32,000 nucleotides of DNA from the NCBI RefSeq assembly GCF_001644705.1, contig NZ_CP015137.1, forward strand, positions 3,150,001 to 3,182,000, in the 5' to 3' direction. Position 1 is the stretch's first letter, and every line of letters starts with the position of its first letter. Position numbers and translations under genes: made by a program. This DNA is from Dickeya solani IPO 2222. Lineage in GTDB: Bacteria > Pseudomonadota > Gammaproteobacteria > Enterobacterales > Enterobacteriaceae. Shown one piece after another: positions 1 to 8,287 of this stretch. The notes under the pieces were generated by a model. The model had not been told where the DNA came from and did no database searches. It saw only the letters and a program-made list of their open reading frames with translations.

Positions 1-1
1 G

Positions 2-298
2 TCGATGCCGTCCCTGCCGGTCAACGTTGAACAACTGGATCCGAACAGTTCCGAATTTATCACCCCAAAATCCCTCAGCGTCCTGTACGGCGGGCCGATC
101 GCGTCGCTGAAAAATGATAAAGGGGATGCGGTACCGGTGGTGGCGATGCACCGAATACAGTTTCTGTTTAGCGACGCCAGTCTGCCCGACCAGCAGGCGT
201 CGCAGGGCGTGGTGGTGTTGCGGCTGGCGCCGGAGAGCCTTGCCAGTCAGTCGGGAAAACGGTTGTGGCGTTTGATTATTGCCGAACTTAACCAGTAA
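2..298 (+). CDS. 3' end of an unidentified protein-coding gene cut by the window edge
   Basis: The frame is open from the first bases of the window to TAA at 296-298. The ATG at 5 is probably internal. The 98 C-terminal residues carry no motif I recognise. Confidence 0.45.
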   Translation, partial: SMPSLPVNVEQLDPNSSEFITPKSLSVLYGGPIASLKNDKGDAVPVVAMHRIQFLFSDASLPDQQASQGVVVLRLAPESLASQSGKRLWRLIIAELNQ

Positions 299-330
299 CT
301 GAAATTAACCAGTAACGCGGGAGGGGTGAC

Positions 331-1317
331 ATGACATTGACTCGACGTGCATTTCTGGCGGGCGCCTCCGCCTGTATGGTAGCGCCCTGGTTGGGAGCGG
401 GAGCCGCGGAAACCGCGCCATCCGGCGAATTGATCTTCGGATACGGCAAAACCGGGATCGGCAGCGCGCTGGCTGTAGATACCGCGGCGTCGCTGGCGCA
501 ATCTTATCAGCAGAACCATTACCAACTGGTCAATATTCCCAGCGGGAACAGCCTGCGCGCCGTTTCGACGGTTAAACGCGCCGTTCCCGATGGCCGAACG
601 TTGCTGCAGGCCCAGTCGCCGCAGATGAATCTGCTGCCGGTGATCTACCGCAGTTTGCCGTATGACCCGCTCACGGATTTCGAGCCGCTGGCGATCATGG
701 GGGAATACACCCTGTTCCTGACCATCGGCAAGCTGGTAGATCCCCGGGTCAAAACGCTGGATGACTACCTGCGCTGGGTGGAGAGGAACCCGGAATACCG
801 TAATGTCGGGTTCACTCAGTTTGGCTCGACCGGCCATATCGCGCAGGCGATTCTGTCGCGCCAGAAAGAAGTGGCGATCCAGCCGGTGGCCTACTTTGGT
901 TCTTCGATGATGATCGAGGATTTACTGAATGGTTACCTCTCGGCCGGGCTGGTGATTTCGGGTAATGCCTCCGGCGCGTTTCGAAGCGGTCGTCTGCGCG
1001 CGGTCGCCGTTACCAGCACCGAGCGTCATCCCGGCTGGGAAAATATTCCGACCTGCAAGGAGCAGGGGGTGCCGGAAATGGCGATTAATGGCTGGTACGG
1101 CTGGTTTGCGCCGGCCTCAATGCCCGATCGCATCTACGCGCCGCTGGCCGAGGCGTTACAACAGCGCATTCAGCATGAGCATTATACCGCTGTACTGGAT
1201 CGCTATTCGCTGAAGCCGGTGTTGTCGTCATCCCCCGGCAAGATTCGGGAACGTATCCGCGATGAGCAGGAATACTACCGTGAATTGGTCGACAGTTATC
1301 ACATCAGCCGGATCTGA
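331..1317 (+). CDS. Bug/TctC-family (tripartite tricarboxylate transporter) periplasmic substrate-binding protein, Tat signal
   Basis: 328 aa. The N-terminus MTLTRRAFLAGAS matches the twin-arginine consensus (S/T-R-R-x-F-L). The length and the central block ...PDGRTLLQAQSPQMNLLPVIYRSLPYDPLTDFEPLA... are typical of Bug/TctC proteins. GGGAGGGG lies upstream of the ATG. Confidence 0.85.
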   Translation: MTLTRRAFLAGASACMVAPWLGAGAAETAPSGELIFGYGKTGIGSALAVDTAASLAQSYQQNHYQLVNIPSGNSLRAVSTVKRAVPDGRTLLQAQSPQMNLLPVIYRSLPYDPLTDFEPLAIMGEYTLFLTIGKLVDPRVKTLDDYLRWVERNPEYRNVGFTQFGSTGHIAQAILSRQKEVAIQPVAYFGSSMMIEDLLNGYLSAGLVISGNASGAFRSGRLRAVAVTSTERHPGWENIPTCKEQGVPEMAINGWYGWFAPASMPDRIYAPLAEALQQRIQHEHYTAVLDRYSLKPVLSSSPGKIRERIRDEQEYYRELVDSYHISRI

Positions 1318-1367
1318 TGTGAGGCTGTTTTGATGGAACATCCGTAAATCGATTGGGAGACGAATCT

Positions 1368-2354
1368 ATGGCTATGACCCGGCGAACATTCCTGGCGGGC
1401 TGCTCTTCGCTGCTATTCCCCGCGCTGTATTCACGTGGACCCCTGGCCGCCGCGCCGCAGGAAGGCGTGGTGATGTTTGGTTACGCCCAGACCGGGTTGG
1501 GCAGCAAGGTGGCGTCCGAGGTGTCGGTATTGCTGGAATCGCAATATCATGAGCGGCGTTATCGGCTGTATAACGAACCCGGCGAAAACAGTGTCAGGGC
1601 GGTGATGTCGGCGAAAAAATCGCCCGGCGATGGCGGCGTGCTGCTGATGGCGCAATCGCCGCAGCTCATTATTTTCCCGTCTATCTACAATCATCTGCCC
1701 TACAATCCATTGACTGATTTCAGGCCGCTGGCGATAACCGGCGAGTATACCTTGCTGCTGACGCTGGGGCCGATAGTGGACTCCAGGGTAAAAAGCCTGG
1801 ACGATTATGTTCGTTGGGTGGAAAACAACCCGGAGTTCAGCAATATCGGCTTTGCCCAGTTTGGCTCTCCCGGTCACATGGCGCAGCTGGTGCTCGGGCG
1901 TGAAAAGAACGTGGCGCTGCAACCGCAATCCTACTATGGCACCTCAATGATTGTGGATGACCTTATGAACGGGCATCTGGCGGCGGCGTTTTTGATTTCC
2001 GGCAACTCGCTCGACCTGTATAAGAGTGGAAAACTACGAGCGATTGCCTGTACCAGCCGTTTACGTCAACCGGGGGTGGATGACGTGCCGACCTGCCGTG
2101 AGCAGGGGATTTCGTCAATGAACATTAATGGCTGGTACGCCTGGCTGGCGCCGGCCGGCATGCCGGACAGTGTTTATCGCCCGCTGGTGGATGCGATGCA
2201 AAGAACCATCGTGAGCTATGACTATCTGGAGATGCTGAGGAAATATTATCTGAAGCCGGTGTATGACAATCCCGATAAAATTCGCCAGCGAATTCAGCAG
2301 GAGCAGGCATATTACGCCGGCCTGATTGAGACGTATCGGGTGAGTAAAGTGTGA
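1368..2354 (+). CDS. Bug/TctC-family periplasmic substrate-binding protein, tandem paralogue, Tat signal
   Basis: Colinear with the upstream gene and clearly paralogous to it (for example SPQLIIFPSIYNHLPYNPLTDFRPLA versus SPQMNLLPVIYRSLPYDPLTDFEPLA). The N-terminus MAMTRRTFLAGCSS is a Tat motif. I place the start at ATG 1368, preceded by GGGAGA, rather than the TTG at 1353 in the ORF track. Confidence 0.85.
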   Translation: MAMTRRTFLAGCSSLLFPALYSRGPLAAAPQEGVVMFGYAQTGLGSKVASEVSVLLESQYHERRYRLYNEPGENSVRAVMSAKKSPGDGGVLLMAQSPQLIIFPSIYNHLPYNPLTDFRPLAITGEYTLLLTLGPIVDSRVKSLDDYVRWVENNPEFSNIGFAQFGSPGHMAQLVLGREKNVALQPQSYYGTSMIVDDLMNGHLAAAFLISGNSLDLYKSGKLRAIACTSRLRQPGVDDVPTCREQGISSMNINGWYAWLAPAGMPDSVYRPLVDAMQRTIVSYDYLEMLRKYYLKPVYDNPDKIRQRIQQEQAYYAGLIETYRVSKV

Positions 2355-2583
2355 GCCGGTTTGAGCCGCAGGGCGGCATGCCGGAAATGCAGCGCCGGTC
2401 GTCCTGCTAAATATCGTTTTTTTTCATGTTTAAGCGCGAAATTAACTCCTTTGGCATTGCCCGACATAATTGCTTAAATAGCGCGACCTGATGTTATTCA
2501 CTCCTGATGACCCGACGCCTGTCGGGTACGACGATACCTAATATGAATTTTTTTCGTGAATGTCGCGGTAGCGGGGGGCTGAC

Positions 2584-3798
2584 ATGAGCCGCTTCCGCGC
2601 CTGCTTTTCGGTTCGGCCAAATGGCGTTCGCCCGACGCCGATGGCTATTTTCCTGATCGGCATAGTCCAGATTCTGGTATGGGGCGGATCGTTTTTTCTG
2701 CTGTCGGTGCTCGGTAGGCCGATTATGGAAGACACCGGCTGGTCGCGTCAGTGGGTCTACGGCGGCTTATCGCTGGGTATCTTTATTTCCGGTCTTCTGA
2801 TCCCGCGGTGCGGCGATTATGTTGCCCGTCATGGCGGGCGCGGCATGCTGGCGTGGAGCGGCATCGTTACGGCCGCGGGTTTGTTGCTGATGGCCTGTTC
2901 CACCGGGCTCCCCGCGTTTATCGCCGCCTGGGTTATTCTGGGCGGCGCGATGGCGATTGGCCTGTATGACGCCCTGTACGCCACGCTGGGCGACAGCTAT
3001 GGCGTTCAGGCGAAAAGCGCCATTACCACCATTACGTTAATTTCTGGTTTTTGCACCACCATTGTGTGGCCGTTGCTGGCCTTTGGCGTGGCGCAGTGGG
3101 GATGGCGGCACACTTGCATCGCCTGGGCTGTGGTTTTACTGGCGACGGTGTGGCCGGTATATCGCTGTACGCTACCCGCGCCACGACAGGCTCGGGAAAA
3201 CACCACGACCAGAAAAAACGGCGTGATGACGTTTGACCGTCGCACCTACGTTTTATTGTCCACGATTTTTATGCTGTCGGCGGTCATCATGACGGTGATA
3301 TCCGTCCAATTGATCGATCTTCTGCAGGATGAAGGGTTGAGCCTGGCGGCGGCGATTGGCATCAGCGCGGTGATCGGGCCCAGCCAGGTGGCCGCGCGCG
3401 TCATGGATCTGGTTATCCGCCTGAGTCACCCGGTCTGGTCGCTGCTGATTTCAGTCAGTCTGGTGCTGGCGGGTGTCGTGTTCATTGGTTTGTTCCCCGC
3501 TCACGCCTTGCTGGCTGTGGTGGTCTATGGCGCAGGCAACGGGCTGCGTTCGATTGTTCGCGGGACGTTGCCGCTGGCTATCCTGCAGCCGGACGAGTTT
3601 GCGGTGGTGATGGGGAAAATGGCGCGTCCTTCGCTGATCGGTCAGGCGGTGACGCCGTTAATCGGCGGTTATCTGTTCGATGTGGCGGGTTCTCGCTCTG
3701 TGTTGCTGGCGGTGGTGTTGGTGGCGGGCATTAACCTGTTGCTGACGCTGCTGCTGATTGCTCGTCTTAAAGAGCAGGGAAAACTACCCGCACGGTAG
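2584..3798 (+). CDS. MFS transporter
   Basis: 404 aa, strongly hydrophobic with about 12 predicted TM segments. A motif-A-like loop (GDYVARHGGRG) follows TM2. A G-rich SD lies before ATG 2584. An alternative start at the Met at 2641 is possible. Confidence 0.8.
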   Translation: MSRFRACFSVRPNGVRPTPMAIFLIGIVQILVWGGSFFLLSVLGRPIMEDTGWSRQWVYGGLSLGIFISGLLIPRCGDYVARHGGRGMLAWSGIVTAAGLLLMACSTGLPAFIAAWVILGGAMAIGLYDALYATLGDSYGVQAKSAITTITLISGFCTTIVWPLLAFGVAQWGWRHTCIAWAVVLLATVWPVYRCTLPAPRQARENTTTRKNGVMTFDRRTYVLLSTIFMLSAVIMTVISVQLIDLLQDEGLSLAAAIGISAVIGPSQVAARVMDLVIRLSHPVWSLLISVSLVLAGVVFIGLFPAHALLAVVVYGAGNGLRSIVRGTLPLAILQPDEFAVVMGKMARPSLIGQAVTPLIGGYLFDVAGSRSVLLAVVLVAGINLLLTLLLIARLKEQGKLPAR

Positions 3799-3907
3799 GG
3801 AATTGCCGCACACCCTCCGATTTATGAAGAAATCATCTTTCGAAACGGTTTGGTCATGTCAAAAACGTTTATCAAGTAGCCCTGCTTTTGTTGTGCCATT
3901 AATGTGG

Positions 3908-3923
3908 CTGTGTTTATATACAG
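3908..3923 (+). promoter_or_regulatory. LexA (SOS) box CTGTGTTTATATACAG
   Basis: Exact CTG-N10-CAG with an AT-rich core, 31 nt upstream of the sbmC-like start codon and overlapping a TATATA/TATACA -10-like hexamer. Confidence 0.7.
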
Positions 3924-3953
3924 TGATGTTAATCGTGCAATGAGGGGGGAAAT

Positions 3954-4427
3954 ATGACACTGCGTTTTGACGTGGCGCAACCTAAGAAGGTGCATTGCCT
4001 GCGCGTTATCGGGCCTTATCATCAATCGGTGCCCGATGGATTTCAGAAACTGATTGCGTGGTCGCAGGAGCAGCCGTTGCCCTGGACGGAAACGCTGGCG
4101 TTTTACTGGGACGACCCATCAGAAACGCAACAAGATCAGCTACGGGCGGATGTGGCGCTGGTCTTTCCCGAAGGGACGGCTATTGGTGAAAATACGCTGG
4201 GTGTGCGTGAGGAAACGGTTCCGGGGGGATTATTCGCCGTGCTTCATACCATTGTCAGCAACGGTGAATTTGCCAAAGCCTGGAGCGAATTGTATGACCT
4301 GATTGCGCAAAATGGATATAAGCCCGCCAGAGGCATTTGCTTTGAGAGTTATTTGTGCGATGGCAGCAGCGGAAACTGGGAAATTGAAATCTGGCAGTCG
4401 GTCGATCCGAATGATGACGCCCAATGA
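3954..4427 (+). CDS. sbmC: DNA gyrase inhibitor SbmC/GyrI (GyrI-like small-molecule-binding domain)
   Basis: 157 aa, the length I recall for E. coli SbmC, and colinear with my recollection of it (GPY..SVPDGFQKL, FYWDDPSET..D.LR.D, CFE.YL..G..G.WEIE). Strong SD GAGGGGGG. The upstream SOS box matches the known LexA control of sbmC. Confidence 0.75.
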   Translation: MTLRFDVAQPKKVHCLRVIGPYHQSVPDGFQKLIAWSQEQPLPWTETLAFYWDDPSETQQDQLRADVALVFPEGTAIGENTLGVREETVPGGLFAVLHTIVSNGEFAKAWSELYDLIAQNGYKPARGICFESYLCDGSSGNWEIEIWQSVDPNDDAQ

Positions 4428-4462
4428 AGAACGCTCGTCTTTGCTGATGGCACGGATGCCAT

Positions 4463-4554
4463 AAAGCCAGACGTAATATGTTCCGGCATTGCGTCGATCA
4501 CCTTATGAAAAAATGGTGCGGCGCTGCCTGTGATAGTGATGTCTGGCTTTTATC
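4463..4554 (+). terminator. Possible long-loop hairpin with T-run downstream of sbmC
   Basis: AAAGCCAGAC (4463-4472) pairs with GTCTGGCTTT (4541-4550) and is followed by T-rich sequence. The 68-nt loop makes this weak as a classical intrinsic terminator. Confidence 0.3.
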
Positions 4555-4610
4555 GATGGTTATCTAATTCAGGAGCAGGGAACATCGCCCGGAGCAGCTA
4601 TTTTTCAGAC

Positions 4611-5375
4611 CTAATGATGGATGGTTTCCCAAAGCAGTTTTATCAACAGCGTAACTGCGAGTGTCAGAAAAAGACGCCGGATCCAGTGATTCCCCCCTTT
4701 TAAGGCCAGTTGTGTGCCAGCAATTGAACCGCAAATCGATGCGATGCCGAGTGGCACGGCAATACCGTAATTAATTAACCCGGCGGGAATCAGGAAAAAG
4801 AGTGTCGCGGAATTCGTTCCGAAGTTAACGACTTTGGCGCAAGCGGTGGCGCGCAGAAAATCGAAGTGAAAGAAACGGACGAAAAGGAATAACAGAAAAC
4901 TACCCGTGCCCGGGCCGATAAAACCGTCATAAAACCCGATGGCAAGCCCGAGTGCGGCCCCTTTGACGAGGTCTCGTTGTGTCGGTTCCCGGCTGGTGTC
5001 CTGACTGCCAAACCGGGGGCGAAACCAGGTGTAAGCCACCATGATCGTCAACACGACGATAATAACGGGGCGCATCCAGGACGATGGCATGAAATCCAGC
5101 ATTCGGATGCCGAGATAGGCTCCAGCAATGGCGGCCACGGCGGTGGGAAACATCAGCCGCCAGGGCAAACGCAATCGGGTAGCGAACTGCCGAACGGACA
5201 TTAAATGTCCCATCACGGACGAGAATTTGTCGATACCCATAATTTGTGCGGGCGTGAAGTGGGGAAGTATGCTGTAAAACATTGGCATGCTGATCAGCCC
5301 GCCTCCGCCGACCGCGGCATTGATGGCGCCTGCAATGAAAGCAATGGGAATAAGTATAAATAGCTCGTGCGCCAT
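4611..5375 (-). CDS. TSUP (TauE/SafE-like) family membrane permease
   Basis: A multi-TM protein with the two-fold internal repeat typical of TSUP proteins, including AGAINAAVGGGGL near the N-terminus and GFYDGFIGPGTGSF in the second half. I place the start at the Met of MAHELF (5375), preceded by AAGGA, rather than at 5420. Confidence 0.8.
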   Translation of the reverse strand: MAHELFILIPIAFIAGAINAAVGGGGLISMPMFYSILPHFTPAQIMGIDKFSSVMGHLMSVRQFATRLRLPWRLMFPTAVAAIAGAYLGIRMLDFMPSSWMRPVIIVVLTIMVAYTWFRPRFGSQDTSREPTQRDLVKGAALGLAIGFYDGFIGPGTGSFLLFLFVRFFHFDFLRATACAKVVNFGTNSATLFFLIPAGLINYGIAVPLGIASICGSIAGTQLALKGGNHWIRRLFLTLAVTLLIKLLWETIHH

Positions 5376-5591
5376 GATAAATCCTTTACTGATTAATCGC
5401 AGTCTTATGGTCCCCAACAAACACGATGTCGGAGACTAATGTGATACGTGAGCGCTATAAAACAGAGGTAATTAGTTTGTGTACCTATTGCCGATGCGGG
5501 TAAGCCATCAGCCGTTGTGTATCCGAATAACGTATTCAAAACGGCAGCAATCTTAGGTTGGACGGAACTGAGTGTCTAATATATATTTCTG

Positions 5592-5607
5592 GATGAATTG
5601 ATTCATC
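5592..5607. promoter_or_regulatory. Perfect palindrome GATGAAT-TG-ATTCATC upstream of the LysR gene
   Basis: 7-bp inverted arms with a 2-bp spacer, 12 nt upstream of ATG 5619, in the divergent TSUP/LysR intergenic region. Candidate operator. Confidence 0.35.
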
Positions 5608-5618
5608 TGGGGATATTA

Positions 5619-6503
5619 ATGGAGTTTCGCCATCTTCGTTATTTCGTTATGGTTGCCGAGGAATTGCATTTCACTCGTGCGGCGGCGCGTCTGAATATTG
5701 GTCAACCACCGCTTTCACAGCAGATTCAGGCGCTCGAAGCCGAGCTAAACGTTCAGTTGTTTCAGAGAACCCGACGGAGTGTGCGTCTGACGGAAGCGGG
5801 CGAGCACTTGCTGGTCCGCGCTCGCGAAATTTTGGGGGCAAGCGAGGAGGTAGCGATTGAATTGCAGCGAATTTCGCAAGGAGAAGCGGGAGAACTGAGG
5901 ATCAGTTTTACCTCCACAGGCCTGCTGGTTAAAGAGTTACGAGTGCCGCTGAGAACCTTCAGGGCGAAATATCCCGCCGTAAGGCTGACGCTGAAGGAAA
6001 TGTTCACTCACCTTCAGTTTGCCGCATTGCTGGCTGGCGATCTGGATATAGGTTATGTCCGTTTTAACGAACTGAAAGCGCCTGAAGGGTTAACGCTGCG
6101 TTTAGTCCGGCGTGACCGTTTGTGTCTTGTGTTGCCAGACGATCATCGGCTCGCCGGATGCGCTGAAGTCAGTATCGCCGAGGTTCGAGACGAACCTTTC
6201 ATAGGCTACCCGGTTAAAGCGGGGGCAAGTTTATCCGATTATGTGACCACGCTTTGCACGCGGGCAGGCTTTGTGCCTAACGTGACCCAGGAAGCGCGGG
6301 AAGCCATGACACAAATTGGACTGGTTGCTGCGGGAATGGGTGTTGCCGTCCTCCTGCAACCCATGGATCAATTACAGCCGAAAGGCGTATGTTTTGTTCC
6401 CTTGTCTGATGAAGGCGCCGAACTGTGCATGGCGTTGGTTACGCGGGAATCGGATAACTCGCCGCGAGTGCGCAATTTCGTCGAGTTGGTTTGCCAGGAA
6501 TGA
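5619..6503 (+). CDS. LysR-family transcriptional regulator
   Basis: The N-terminus MEFRHLRYFVMVAEELHFTRAAARLNIGQPPLSQQIQALE is the canonical LysR wHTH, and a C-terminal substrate-binding domain follows. It is divergent from the TSUP gene. Start chosen at ATG 5619, after GGGGA. Confidence 0.9.
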   Translation: MEFRHLRYFVMVAEELHFTRAAARLNIGQPPLSQQIQALEAELNVQLFQRTRRSVRLTEAGEHLLVRAREILGASEEVAIELQRISQGEAGELRISFTSTGLLVKELRVPLRTFRAKYPAVRLTLKEMFTHLQFAALLAGDLDIGYVRFNELKAPEGLTLRLVRRDRLCLVLPDDHRLAGCAEVSIAEVRDEPFIGYPVKAGASLSDYVTTLCTRAGFVPNVTQEAREAMTQIGLVAAGMGVAVLLQPMDQLQPKGVCFVPLSDEGAELCMALVTRESDNSPRVRNFVELVCQE

Positions 6504-6930
6504 TGCTGTCTTGGTTTTTTCGTCAGAACTCATTGCGATTAGCCATAAAATTTTCTGATATTTCCCGCTATACAAAGCTGGGTAAAACTGTATTTTAAAA
6601 TAATGCTTTTCCTCTTTGGTGGTGTTAATCGGTTAATGCTTTCTTTAGGCTGTTTTCCGTGTCTATCGGCAACTGTATTGTGAGTCAATATATAATGGCC
6701 TGTCTGTCTGGTCGCGCTTGATACCCAAAAAGGCTTTCTGGCCGGGCTTTCTTGCGGGAGTAGTTTTGCACTTGATATGGAAATGACAAGGTAATGATTA
6801 TCTCTACGGCAAGTCGGGTAGGGTGACAATCAACGCTGAAACGGCGCTACCCTACAGCCGGCGGATTCTTGTCGGCTGGCTAACGACATAGCTGCACAGG
6901 GATAATAATTAGCCTCATAAGGATGAAATC

Positions 6931-7653
6931 ATGCAAGACCGGCTCGATACGCCACCGGGAACATCGGCCCCCGGTCTGATATGGCTGGAACAGGTTAGCC
7001 ACGCTTATCCCTCCTCGGTAGCATCTCACCCGGTTCTGCATAATGTTTCCCTGCTGGTTGACGCGGGGCAGAGTTGCGCCATCGTTGGCGCTTCCGGCTC
7101 AGGCAAAAGCACGCTGCTGAACATTATCGGGCTGCTCGATAAACCCACATCGGGGCGATTGTGGCTGAATGGCCGCGACATGGCGCAGGCCTCGACCGAT
7201 GAACGCGCCAGAATACGCAACCAGACTATCGGGTTCGTTTTTCAGAGCTTTAATCTACTGCCGCGTCTTACCGTGCTGGATAACGCGGCGCTGCCGTTGC
7301 TCTATCGCGGTTACTCTCGTCGTGATGCCCATCAGGCGGCCAGACGGCAACTGGAACACGTCGGGCTGGCTGAGCGCCTCCATTACCGCCCGGCGGATCT
7401 GTCCGGCGGCCAGCGACAGCGTGTCGCCATCGCCCGTGCCCTCACCGGCGAGCCGTCACTGCTGCTGGCCGATGAGCCTACCGGCAATCTCGATAGCCAG
7501 ACCGCCGGCGATATTCTGTCGTTGTTGCTGACGCTGAACCGGGAGCAAGGGGTGACGCTGGTGATGGTCACGCATGACGAATCCATCGCCCGGCAGATGC
7601 AGCGTCGTATTCAGGTGAGCGATGGTTACGTTCAGGAATACAGTAATAGTTAA
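6931..7653 (+). CDS. ABC transporter ATP-binding protein, MacB/LolD/DevA type
   Basis: Walker A GASGSGKST, Q-loop, signature LSGGQRQR, Walker B LLLADEPT and H-loop VTHD are all present. The sequence style (GFVFQSFNLLP..TVLDN) matches the MacB/LolD subgroup. AAGGA SD. Confidence 0.92.
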   Translation: MQDRLDTPPGTSAPGLIWLEQVSHAYPSSVASHPVLHNVSLLVDAGQSCAIVGASGSGKSTLLNIIGLLDKPTSGRLWLNGRDMAQASTDERARIRNQTIGFVFQSFNLLPRLTVLDNAALPLLYRGYSRRDAHQAARRQLEHVGLAERLHYRPADLSGGQRQRVAIARALTGEPSLLLADEPTGNLDSQTAGDILSLLLTLNREQGVTLVMVTHDESIARQMQRRIQVSDGYVQEYSNS

Positions 7654-7803
7654 ATATTTTTGTATGGTTACTAATTTATTTGTAAAGATTTGGTCGGATG
7701 AGTCGATATTGACTAGCGGCAGAGTTTCTGACTTATTGCCTTATTCTATAAAAGGATGCTGTCTTTTTTGCTGACGGCGAAAACGAAACCAAGGGAGGTT
7801 TCC

Positions 7804-8211
7804 ATGTATCTTAACTCATTAAAAAAATTGTTTCTTATTAGTGCGCTGGCTCTGGGTGCGGTCTCTCAGGCGAACGCGGCAAGCTGCGGTCCGACCCGCG
7901 TGACTGTTCCGGTATCGGGAACGGTTAATCCTCAGACAGAAGTGCAGATCTATTCCCAAACGTACAACTGCTCGGCCTACCTGATGGCGTCTTTAACGCC
8001 GAATTTTGGTTCCTCTTCCGTTTCTCTGTCGTTGACGCTCAAGCTGTATCAGCAGGTGGGTGGCAGCTGGCGTAGCGTCAGTGAAGGCCGCAATGTTTCC
8101 TATCAGATGGGCAGCACCGGCGGTACTTACAAACTGGTCGTATTCAATAGCAACACCAGTGGTAACGCTCTCAACTGGACCGGAAACTATAAATCCCCTC
8201 TCAACAACTAA
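7804..8211 (+). CDS. Small secreted protein of unknown family (135 aa precursor, about 110 aa mature)
   Basis: Strong SD AAGGGAGG 5 nt before ATG 7804. The signal peptide MYLNSLKKLFLISALALGAVSQANA has an A-N-A cleavage motif. The mature part is rich in Ser/Thr/Asn/Gly, has two Cys, and has no His or Asp. I recognise no family. Confidence 0.75.
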   Translation: MYLNSLKKLFLISALALGAVSQANAASCGPTRVTVPVSGTVNPQTEVQIYSQTYNCSAYLMASLTPNFGSSSVSLSLTLKLYQQVGGSWRSVSEGRNVSYQMGSTGGTYKLVVFNSNTSGNALNWTGNYKSPLNN

Positions 8212-8223
8212 TTGACAGGGAAA

Positions 8224-8259
8224 TGACCCACACCGTTTTTCATTGAAAGGTGTGGGTCA
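8224..8259 (+). terminator. Perfect 11-bp stem-loop just after the small secreted-protein gene (attenuator or mRNA stabiliser candidate)
   Basis: TGACCCACACC (8224-8234) and GGTGTGGGTCA (8249-8259) are exact reverse complements with a 14-nt loop. The stem starts 13 nt after the stop codon. There is no downstream U-run, so this is not a textbook intrinsic terminator. Confidence 0.5.
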
Positions 8260-8287
8260 GTTAACAGTGCGAATCAGGGAGGATACC

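Noticed and set aside
247-1928. Antisense ORFs 247-837 and 1431-1928 (196 and 165 aa) opposite the two Bug genes
   Set aside because: These are shadow ORFs of GC-rich coding sequence. They are Arg/Gln/Pro-rich and have no recognisable motifs, while the sense-strand genes have clear family signatures and Tat signals.
3758-4025. Two 61-67-aa ORFs (3758-3943 on the plus strand, 3822-4025 on the minus strand) between the MFS and sbmC genes
   Set aside because: They overlap the sbmC promoter and LexA box, and also the 3' end of the MFS gene or the 5' end of sbmC. They have no SD and an implausible composition.
6539-6829. 96-aa minus-strand ORF in the leader upstream of the ABC ATPase gene
   Set aside because: It has a non-ATG (TTG) start with no SD, sits in AT-rich intergenic-type sequence, and has no motif. 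I treat the region as a non-coding leader.
7804-7890. Small secreted protein read as a classical lipoprotein (AAS-C)
   Set aside because: The hydrophobic core ends 8 residues before the Cys, and position -3 is Ala rather than Leu/Val/Ile. The A-N-A SPase I site fits better. I keep this only as a minority alternative in the findings.
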